DNA of 64,000 nt from Candidatus Planktophila sp. (GTDB lineage: Bacteria > Actinomycetota > Actinomycetes > Nanopelagicales > Nanopelagicaceae), in the NCBI GenBank assembly GCA_037624245.1, contig JASJJO010000004.1, forward strand, positions 1,908-65,907. Direction: 5' to 3'. The translations under genes were made by a program, and so were the position numbers. Shown one piece after another: positions 56,144 through 64,000 of the stretch; position 1 is the stretch's first letter; every line of letters begins with the position of its first letter. The notes under the pieces were generated by a model, which searched no databases, was not told the origin of the DNA, and saw only the letters and a program-made list of their open reading frames with translations.

Positions 56144-56719
56144 ATGATTTGGTGGCCAACTGAAATTCCAACGCTGCAATATGGCCTTGTGACTTTGCGC
56201 CCCAGCACTGAAGCAGATATTGATTCGATTTTCCAAGCTTGCCAAGATCCACTGATTCCAGCCTTTACAACTGTGCCGGCGAACTACACGTTAGATCATG
56301 CAATTGATTTCGTTCGATCAGACCTATTTGGTTTGGCAGAACGTAGGGAAATTCGATTTATAGTCGACTACGGAAATGGCGATGATATTGCATTTGCGGG
56401 AGTTATTTCACTTCATACAATAAATATTAAAAATCACTCTGCCGAAATTGGATATTGGTTAGAGAAATCTATGCGCGGCAAGGGAATAGCAACTACGGCC
56501 ACAAAAATGATTACTGATTATGGTTTTCGATCTCTGGGATTTCGTCGCATAGAAGGACTTGCAGATGTCGAAAACACCGCTTCACAGAAACTTCTCACGA
56601 AAGCGGGCTATCAAAGAGAAGGAATATTGCGCAACAAGGTCACACGTGATGATGGTCGGCAGATTGATATGGCACTCTTTGCAGCGACTGATATCACGTG
56701 GATGCCATTAGCCAACTAG
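56144..56719 (+). CDS. GNAT family N-acetyltransferase (RimJ/RimL-like)
   Basis: 191 aa. EIGYWLEKSMRGKGIATTATKMITDYGF (acetyl-CoA Q/RxxGxG/A loop) and N.AS.KLL.KAGY.REG. Confidence 0.85.
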   Translation: MIWWPTEIPTLQYGLVTLRPSTEADIDSIFQACQDPLIPAFTTVPANYTLDHAIDFVRSDLFGLAERREIRFIVDYGNGDDIAFAGVISLHTINIKNHSAEIGYWLEKSMRGKGIATTATKMITDYGFRSLGFRRIEGLADVENTASQKLLTKAGYQREGILRNKVTRDDGRQIDMALFAATDITWMPLAN

Positions 56720-56743
56720 AATTCGATTATTGAGAGGAGAGCC

Positions 56744-57070
56744 ATGGAATCACTCGCCTTTCTCATCACCATTCTTCTGCTAATCCTTCTGCTTTCTGGG
56801 CCAATCTGTTTACTTCTCACAATTGGCACGCTACGCGATTTTACGCGAGGGACAGTTTTCAATCTTGGGCGCAGAGTTCTGGTTTCAGGCATCGGCTTTA
56901 TCGGCATCTTTATGTGCTTCTTCTTTCTTACGGGATCTGTTCCGATCTTCCTAAAATTTATTGCGCTCTTATCTCTTGCGATTCACGCTTGGGCGATCGA
57001 TCGTGAGTACAACAAAATATTCTCATCACGTTTTAGACGCGACCCGAACGGTCCACGAGGCCAGAGTTGA
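56744..57070 (+). CDS. Hypothetical small membrane protein
   Basis: 108 aa with 3 predicted TM segments. 4-nt overlap with the GH18 gene. Confidence 0.4.
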   Translation: MESLAFLITILLLILLLSGPICLLLTIGTLRDFTRGTVFNLGRRVLVSGIGFIGIFMCFFFLTGSVPIFLKFIALLSLAIHAWAIDREYNKIFSSRFRRDPNGPRGQS

Positions 57071-58842
57071 TGACTGCCCCCAAAATTAGCAAAGCCATCG
57101 GAATACTTTTAGCGATCGCGCTTTCTGCGGCACTTGTTACTCAACCGGCAACTGCTGAAGATAACCCTCCGCGAAAGATTTTAACGGGCTGGATTCCATA
57201 TTATTCGATGAAGACGGCGCTACCTGATGCGCTCAATAATGCAGATCTGGTTAAAGAGGTGATGCCATTTTGGTACACACTAAAATACGATGCAAAGATA
57301 AAAGCTGCGTATATCGTGGATCTATACCAGCCTGCTAATCCCAGCATCCCTATTGCGGAACCTCTTTCTGCAATGCGCAACGCAGGTTTTGCAATCATTC
57401 CCTCAATCACCGATGGAACCACAAAATTAGTTTTAGCAGAGCTTCTCAAAAAAACTACCTCGCGTACGCAGGTTGTAAATACAATCATGGATTTGGTGCG
57501 CACTAATAACTTTGATGGAATTGACCTTGATTTTGAAGGGTTCGCCTTTGTCGATGGAAACGCCACATGGAAGAGCACAGCACTTAGCTGGATTGCACTT
57601 GTAAAAGAGTTAAGCGCAGCGCTTCGCGCTGAAAATAAGGTTCTCTCTGTTTCAACTCCCTATGTTCTCAATCCTCAAGATGCCCAAAAAGGGTATTACC
57701 TCTATGCATGGGCCGATATTGCACCTTTTATCGACAAGCTTAGAATCATGACCTACGACTATTCAGTTTCCAAGCCAGGTCCTATCGGACCCATAACGTG
57801 GGCTGAACGAACGGTGCAATATGCGGTTTCAGTTATGCCCGCGTCAAAAGTTTTTGTCGGCGTACCCGGTTACGGTCGAGATTGGGTAACTGCTGTTAGC
57901 GGAATCTGTCCTGCCAACGTAATCAATACAGTCAAGGCGGGAGCAAAGGCTGCAACATTTGTGATGCGTGATGCGCAAGCTCTTGCTGCAACATATGGCG
58001 CTGTACCTACCTATAACGAGCAGTATGGTGAGATGACTTTCTTTTACGAAAAAGTTTATAACGGAACAACGGCGACAGGGCTTTCAACATCATGTACCGC
58101 CTCTCGCACCGCGTGGTACCAAGATGCTAAAGGCTGGGCCCTTCGTGCAGCGCTCGTTAATAAATATCGCATTGGCGGCATTACTGCCTGGACATTTGGC
58201 ATGGAAGAACCTCTTGCGATGGAATCAATACGACAAGTAGCCCGGGAAATCGCACCTGACCAAGTAAGCATCGTTGCATCTAGTGATAAGTCAATAATTA
58301 ATTATGGGGATGCCATTACAGTTGATGCGACTTTTGCCATCAAAGATCAGACTCCTCTGGCTGGCGTTTCTGTTCGCATTGAGGGTATATCACCAGGCGA
58401 GGCTACGTGGCGAACGCTTTCGACTGTGACAACTGGAACAGATGGAAAAATTTCTAAATCGATCATCATCGGTAGATCTACATATATTCGACTCCACTCT
58501 GATGCAACGTGGGACCGTGCCGAAGGTATAAGTGCACAGACTCTTGTTACTGTAAACCGTTTATTAATCCTTAGCGCACCAGCAACTGCAAAGAGCGTTT
58601 TGCAAATAGCATTGAGTGGATACCTTCTTCCGCGCACCGCAGGTGCAGCGCTTCTTATAGAGAAGAAGGTCGGTAAAAAGTGGATTCCGGTCAATACACC
58701 GCTGACCACTGATGCCGAAGGAAACTTTACGACTCTTCTATCAGCTGTGCCCCGTGGCGTTCTCACATTGAGAGTTACCGCCGAGGCAGACCCACTCTGG
58801 AGCGCTGTCACAAGCCCAATATTTAATATCATTATCCGGTGA
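57067..58842 (+). CDS. Secreted glycoside hydrolase family 18 protein with a C-terminal beta-rich (Ig-like) region
   Basis: 591 aa. Signal peptide (...VTQPATA/ED) and the GH18 catalytic motif FDGIDLDFE. The C-terminal 200 aa or so lack catalytic motifs. Confidence 0.8.
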   Translation: MMTAPKISKAIGILLAIALSAALVTQPATAEDNPPRKILTGWIPYYSMKTALPDALNNADLVKEVMPFWYTLKYDAKIKAAYIVDLYQPANPSIPIAEPLSAMRNAGFAIIPSITDGTTKLVLAELLKKTTSRTQVVNTIMDLVRTNNFDGIDLDFEGFAFVDGNATWKSTALSWIALVKELSAALRAENKVLSVSTPYVLNPQDAQKGYYLYAWADIAPFIDKLRIMTYDYSVSKPGPIGPITWAERTVQYAVSVMPASKVFVGVPGYGRDWVTAVSGICPANVINTVKAGAKAATFVMRDAQALAATYGAVPTYNEQYGEMTFFYEKVYNGTTATGLSTSCTASRTAWYQDAKGWALRAALVNKYRIGGITAWTFGMEEPLAMESIRQVAREIAPDQVSIVASSDKSIINYGDAITVDATFAIKDQTPLAGVSVRIEGISPGEATWRTLSTVTTGTDGKISKSIIIGRSTYIRLHSDATWDRAEGISAQTLVTVNRLLILSAPATAKSVLQIALSGYLLPRTAGAALLIEKKVGKKWIPVNTPLTTDAEGNFTTLLSAVPRGVLTLRVTAEADPLWSAVTSPIFNIIIR

Positions 58843-59135
58843 TGGTTAAAACTGCGGATAAGATTGAAGAAGAGATTCGCGCAATCTTTTCAGCAGATAC
58901 GCCATGGGTGACCATCGTGTGGGATGACCCCGTCAATCTTCAGACCTATGTGACATATGTTTTTATGGAGCTCTTTAGCTATTCAAAAACTCGAGCAACC
59001 GAGTTGATGTTGCAAGTACATAATGATGGCAAGGCAATAGTTTCGACCGGCAGCCGCGAAGAGATGGAACATGATGTCGCTAGGCTTCATGAATATGGCT
59101 TGTGGGCCACGCTCCAACGTGGAGATCAACTATGA
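58839..59135 (+). CDS. clpS: ATP-dependent Clp protease adaptor ClpS
   Basis: 98 aa. [18 protein letters not shown] ... [16 protein letters not shown] is the ClpS core. The start (GTG 58839 or ATG 58842) overlaps the GH18 stop. Confidence 0.9.
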   Translation: MMVKTADKIEEEIRAIFSADTPWVTIVWDDPVNLQTYVTYVFMELFSYSKTRATELMLQVHNDGKAIVSTGSREEMEHDVARLHEYGLWATLQRGDQL

Positions 59136-59722
59136 CTTCCACCGAAGGTTTTAAACGCCAAGGGGACCATACATATATTGCACACTTCGCCGATAGTGAA
59201 AAAGAAGTACTTCTCAATCTCTGTGAGCAGATCATTGAGTTATTGGCTGAACGCCGTGATCATGGCCATGAAGATCCACTGGCAGCAATGGTGGGGATTA
59301 CTTCCCATGATTCTCCACCTGATGATGAAGTCCTGCACCGCTTACTTCCCAATGCTTATACCGATCAAGTCGATGCTTCGGAATTTCGTCGATATACAGA
59401 ATCAACGCTACGACAGAAGAAGCAGGCGCATGCCATGTCGATGCGGATTCATTTGAAGTCATCAGATGATGGAGATGTCGATTTAGATCACGACAATGCA
59501 AATGCCTGGCTAGGTGGGATTAATGACATTCGGTTAGCCCTAGGCGTGCGACTCAAAGTTGAGAATAATTCGCATGAAGAGCTTGAACTCTTATCACCGG
59601 ATGACCCGCTTCGTGGAGTTTATGCAGTTTATACATGGCTTGGGTGGCTTCAAGAGACCTTACTGGCCGCTCTCATTGATGATTTCGATGAAGATGAAGA
59701 ATCTGCACTCAGCAATGGGTAG
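59132..59722 (+). CDS. DUF2017 domain protein
   Basis: An acidic protein following clpS, as in mycobacteria. The ATG at 59132 overlaps the clpS TGA; the track start is 59102. Confidence 0.7.
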   Translation: MTSTEGFKRQGDHTYIAHFADSEKEVLLNLCEQIIELLAERRDHGHEDPLAAMVGITSHDSPPDDEVLHRLLPNAYTDQVDASEFRRYTESTLRQKKQAHAMSMRIHLKSSDDGDVDLDHDNANAWLGGINDIRLALGVRLKVENNSHEELELLSPDDPLRGVYAVYTWLGWLQETLLAALIDDFDEDEESALSNG

Positions 59723-59740
59723 CAACTGCAGCTGTAGGAT

Positions 59741-60163
59741 TTGTCTATGACGTTACAGATATCTCGCGCATTTGTTGATGCCATGCTCGAACAATCTCGC
59801 GCAGAGTATCCCGATGAATGTTGCGGAGTAATTCTTGGGCCTGAAGGAGAAGATAAAGTGGAGCGACTTAAACCAATGGTCAATGCAGCACATTCACCGA
59901 CCTTCTATGAGTTCGATCCCAAGGATTTGCTTGCGCTCTATCGGGAAGTAGATGAGCACAATGAAGAAATCGTTGTTATTTATCATTCTCATACAGAGAC
60001 CGAGGCCTACCCATCACGCACAGATATTGCCTATGCGAATGAACCGGGCGCACATTATGTTGTCATCTCTACACGCAAAGAGATTGCACCTGCAACAGAG
60101 TTTCGCTCATATCGAATTATTAACTCAGAAGTTGTTGAAGAGCCTGTCACTATTATCGATTAG
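59741..60163 (+). CDS. mec: JAMM/MPN+ metalloprotease Mec (CysO-cysteine peptidase)
   Basis: 140 aa. ECCG and the HSHTETEAYPSRTD JAMM motif (HxHx7Sx2D). Located upstream of cysO-cysM. Confidence 0.85.
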   Translation: MSMTLQISRAFVDAMLEQSRAEYPDECCGVILGPEGEDKVERLKPMVNAAHSPTFYEFDPKDLLALYREVDEHNEEIVVIYHSHTETEAYPSRTDIAYANEPGAHYVVISTRKEIAPATEFRSYRIINSEVVEEPVTIID

Positions 60164-60209
60164 CTACCTTCAATTAGAGATACAGGCACTTATTAGGCAT
60201 AATTGCGCT

Positions 60210-61435
<1,226 letters not shown>

Positions 61436-61461
61436 CGCGCGCTCACGGTTAGACTGCACCC

Positions 61462-62259
61462 ATGAGCAATGCGCCAATCGGTATCTTTGATTCTGGCGTT
61501 GGCGGACTAACGGTGGCTCGAGCGATACTTGATCAACTTCCTAATGAATCCATTATCTATCTTGGTGACACAGCACGTGGCCCATTTGGTCCACGCACGT
61601 TGGCTGAGGTCCGTGACTTCTCGCTCGAATCACTTGATTTCCTTGTAGTGCAAGGCGTTAAAGCAATTGTCATTGCATGTAATACAGCAAGCGCTGCGAT
61701 GTTGCGCGATGCGCGCGAGCGTTATTCAGTTCCAGTTATCGAAGTTATTCAACCGGCTGTCAGACGCGCAGTTGCAGCCACCCGTACAGGCAAAGTCGGA
61801 GTAATTGGAACTCGCGCAACGATTGATTCTCAAGCCTATATCGATGCATTTGCTGCAGCGCCACAGTTAACAATCGAATCAATGGCTTGCCCACTCTTCG
61901 TTGAATTTGTCGAACGAGGAGAAACATCGGGGAAGGCAATTACTAAAGTCGCGCGAGAGTATTTGCAGCCGATGATTGGCGCCCAGGTAGATACCTTGGT
62001 TTTAGGCTGCACCCACTACCCGCTTCTCACCGGCGTAATCTCGTATGTAATGGGCAATGATGTCTCCTTAGTATCAAGTGCTGAAGAGACAGCTAAAGAT
62101 TTGTATCGTGTCCTTATTGAGAATTCACTACTTCGCTCAGATAAGAGCGCTCCAGCAGAACACACATTCTTAGCCACGGGGGATGCGAAGGCATTTGAAG
62201 TTTTAGCGCGCCGATTCCTTGGACCTGAAGTGGGTTCGGTTCAACATCACGAACTTTAA
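61462..62259 (+). CDS. murI: Glutamate racemase
   Basis: 265 aa. [12 protein letters not shown] plus the catalytic Cys motifs ACNTAS and GCTHYP. Confidence 0.95.
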   Translation: MSNAPIGIFDSGVGGLTVARAILDQLPNESIIYLGDTARGPFGPRTLAEVRDFSLESLDFLVVQGVKAIVIACNTASAAMLRDARERYSVPVIEVIQPAVRRAVAATRTGKVGVIGTRATIDSQAYIDAFAAAPQLTIESMACPLFVEFVERGETSGKAITKVAREYLQPMIGAQVDTLVLGCTHYPLLTGVISYVMGNDVSLVSSAEETAKDLYRVLIENSLLRSDKSAPAEHTFLATGDAKAFEVLARRFLGPEVGSVQHHEL

Positions 62260-62279
62260 ATACAGTAATCAAAAAGAAA

Positions 62280-63014
62280 ATGGGGCACGAGATGGCACGC
62301 AATGACGGACGCACGGTAGATCAACTTCGCGACATTAAAATCACTCGCGGATGGCTTGATCACGCAGAAGGTTCTGTGCTTGTTGAATTCGGCAAGACTC
62401 GCGTTCTATGTGTTGCCTCCTTTACTCCAGGTGTCCCACGCTGGTTAAAGGACTCTGGCAATGGCTGGGTTACATCTGAATATTCCATGTTGCCACGTGC
62501 AACTCACACGCGTTCAGATCGCGAAAGTGTTAAGGGAAAGCTTGGCGGACGTACTCAAGAGATTTCTCGCCTCATAGGTCGTTCGCTGCGTGGAATCGTT
62601 GATATGAAAGAGCTTGGCGAAAATACTATTGTTATTGATTGCGATGTTTTGCAAGCAGATGGCGGAACTCGCACCGCTGCAATTACTGGCGCATATGTTG
62701 CACTCGCTGATGCAATTAGTTGGGCACAGAAAGAGGGTCACATCAAGGCTAGCGCAAAGCCACTTGCTGATTCTGTAGCAGCGGTCAGCGTTGGAATTAT
62801 CGCAGGAGTGCCGATGCTCGATCTTTGTTACGAAGAAGATGTGCGGGCAGAGACAGATATGAATGTGGTTTGTTCAGGCGATGGACGATTCATCGAAGTC
62901 CAGGGCACCGCAGAAGGCGCACCTTTTGATCGCGCGCTCCTCGATTCACTCTTAGACTTAGCTGTTGCAGGCTGTGCGACCCTTACCAATCTTCAGAAGC
63001 AAGCACTCGCATAA
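62280..63014 (+). CDS. rph: Ribonuclease PH
   Basis: 244 aa. [45 protein letters not shown]. The ATG at 62292 (MARNDGRT) is an alternative start. Confidence 0.95.
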   Translation: MGHEMARNDGRTVDQLRDIKITRGWLDHAEGSVLVEFGKTRVLCVASFTPGVPRWLKDSGNGWVTSEYSMLPRATHTRSDRESVKGKLGGRTQEISRLIGRSLRGIVDMKELGENTIVIDCDVLQADGGTRTAAITGAYVALADAISWAQKEGHIKASAKPLADSVAAVSVGIIAGVPMLDLCYEEDVRAETDMNVVCSGDGRFIEVQGTAEGAPFDRALLDSLLDLAVAGCATLTNLQKQALA

Positions 63015-63017
63015 AAA

Positions 63018-63635
63018 ATGTCACATACGCTCTTACTTGCAACGCGCAACAAGGGAAAGATCGAAGAGTTTCGCAGAATTCTTGATGCAATTGCACCCGG
63101 TGCAATCAAGCTCGTCGGGTTAGAAGAGTTCCCAGAGCTGCCTGATGTTCTCGAAGATGGAAGCACATTCGAAGAGAATGCTTTAAAGAAGGCTCGCGAG
63201 ATGTCGCTTGCAACGGGTTTGCCAGCAATTGCAGATGACAGTGGTCTCTGCGTCGATGTTCTCAATGGTGATCCAGGAATTTTCTCAGCGCGTTGGGCTG
63301 GTAACCACGGTGATGACGCTGCAAATACAGCAAAAGTTCTCGAGCAGTTAGCCAACATCAGTGATGAAGACCGGGGCGCTCACTTCACTTGTGTTGCAGC
63401 TCTCTATCTTCCCGATGGTCGAAGCCACTGCCAAGAGGCTCGCTTTGATGGGTGGATTCTTCATAATCCAGTGGGGGAGCGCGGCTTCGGCTACGACCCG
63501 ATCTTTCGCCCCGATGGGCTGGATATCTCAAGTGCGCAAATGAGCGCTGAAGATAAGGATGCAATCAGTCACCGAGGAAAATCACTCCGTGCAATAGCGC
63601 CACATGTCATCACATTGCTCAATTCTCTAAGATAA
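63018..63635 (+). CDS. rdgB: Non-canonical purine NTP pyrophosphatase (RdgB/HAM1)
   Basis: 205 aa. LATRNKGKIEEF, ADDSGLCVDVLNGDPGIFSAR, GFGYDPIF, ISHRGKSL. Confidence 0.9.
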   Translation: MSHTLLLATRNKGKIEEFRRILDAIAPGAIKLVGLEEFPELPDVLEDGSTFEENALKKAREMSLATGLPAIADDSGLCVDVLNGDPGIFSARWAGNHGDDAANTAKVLEQLANISDEDRGAHFTCVAALYLPDGRSHCQEARFDGWILHNPVGERGFGYDPIFRPDGLDISSAQMSAEDKDAISHRGKSLRAIAPHVITLLNSLR

Positions 63636-63704
63636 ACTTTTGTCCATATTCCTTCCTATGTCGTAGACGTAGGTAGTAGCCCTTCATAACTCAAGGAGAT
63701 CACA

Positions 63705-64000
63705 GTGGCAGTAAAGAAGAAGACAGCGGCTAAGAAAGCTGCTCCAAAAAAGAGCGCAAAGAAGTCTCCTGCAAAGAAGGCCGTTGCTAAAAAGAAGACA
63801 ACGTTAAAGAAGACCGTTGCTAAAAAGAAGACCGTTGCTAAAAAGAAGACCGCCAAGAAAGTTGTAGCCAAGAAGAAGACAACAGCTAAGAAGTCTGTGG
63901 CCAAGAAGGCAGCACCTAAAAAGAGCGCAAAGAAGTCTGCGGCCAGGAAGGCAACGTCAAAAGTCGTCATTCCTCCAGTTCCTTCAGGTGGTTCTGCTCG
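63705..64000 (+). CDS. Lys/Ala-rich (AKKA-repeat, histone H1-like) protein, N-terminal part (runs off window end)
   Basis: GTG at 63705 with an AAGGAG SD (63693-63698). My translation is MAVKKKTAAKKAAPKKSAKKSPAKKAVAKKKTTLKKTVAKKKTVAKKKTAKKVVAKKKTTAKKSVAKKAAPKKSAKKSAARKATSKVVIPPVPSGGSA... The family cannot be named from the fragment. Confidence 0.6.
   Translation, partial: MAVKKKTAAKKAAPKKSAKKSPAKKAVAKKKTTLKKTVAKKKTVAKKKTAKKVVAKKKTTAKKSVAKKAAPKKSAKKSAARKATSKVVIPPVPSGGSA
63810..63845 (+). repeat. Perfect 2 x 18-nt in-frame tandem repeat (KTVAKK) inside the Lys/Ala-rich CDS
   Basis: AAGACCGTTGCTAAAAAG occurs at 63810-63827 and again at 63828-63845, flanked by diverged copies (AAGGCCGTTGCTAAAAAG upstream, AAGACCGCCAAGAAA downstream). 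Confidence 0.85.

Noticed and set aside
63656-63970. A 104-aa minus-strand ORF rich in F/L/A (FFLATVFF...).
   Set aside because: It is the mirror image of the plus-strand AAG/AAA/GCT repeat. The plus-strand frame has an AAGGAG SD and encodes a plausible Lys/Ala-rich protein.

Overview
This window is a densely coding chromosome segment with about 70 CDS, one tRNA and a tmRNA. Protein motifs and gene order point to an actinobacterium. By eye its GC content is lower than in classical high-GC Actinomycetota; I did not compute it. All identifications rest on motifs read from the translated ORFs and on remembered family knowledge, since no database search was possible.

Gene content in order:
- xseA (truncated) / ispH, a hydrolase, rmuC, ychF, typA.
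- A double-strand-break repair block: adnA-like and adnB-like helicase-nucleases, an EEP nuclease, nudC, a short UvrD-like helicase.
- whiB7 with a uORF and attenuator leader.
- A degenerate E1/ThiF-like orphan.
- DUF5679, DUF45 peptidase, DUF2342, a PDZ-less Lon-like protease, UPF0182.
- Initiator tRNA-Met.
- copA, IMPase/HisN-like, rsgA, aroA; an SRAP peptidase.
- A redox cluster: sigH-rshA, Ni-SOD sodN plus its protease sodX, a CGYC mycoredoxin coupled to kgd.
- SDR.
- A compact Gram-positive Tad/Flp pilus locus preceded by a degenerate GGDEF protein.
- prfB, ftsE, ftsX, smpB, ssrA.
- DUF3039, argF, pntAA-pntAB-pntB, pirin.
- An HNH/DUF222 selfish-type gene, trhO, GNAT, a secreted GH18.
- clpS, DUF2017, mec-cysO-cysM, murI, rph, rdgB.
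- The start of a Lys/Ala-rich histone-like protein.

I saw no CRISPR array, integrase, transposase, rRNA or recognisable defence island. Most of the window is ordinary core genome.

Items most worth a second look:
1. The catalytically dead GGDEF protein that keeps its I-site, placed where TadZ normally sits in the Tad locus.
2. The whiB7 leader, where a uORF, antiterminator and terminator can be read directly.
3. The orphan pseudo-E1 protein.
4. An orphan long hairpin with a T-tract, oriented against its flanking genes.
5. A recurrent TAGNNT hexamer placed for leaderless mRNAs, including two back-to-back in a 25-bp divergent spacer.
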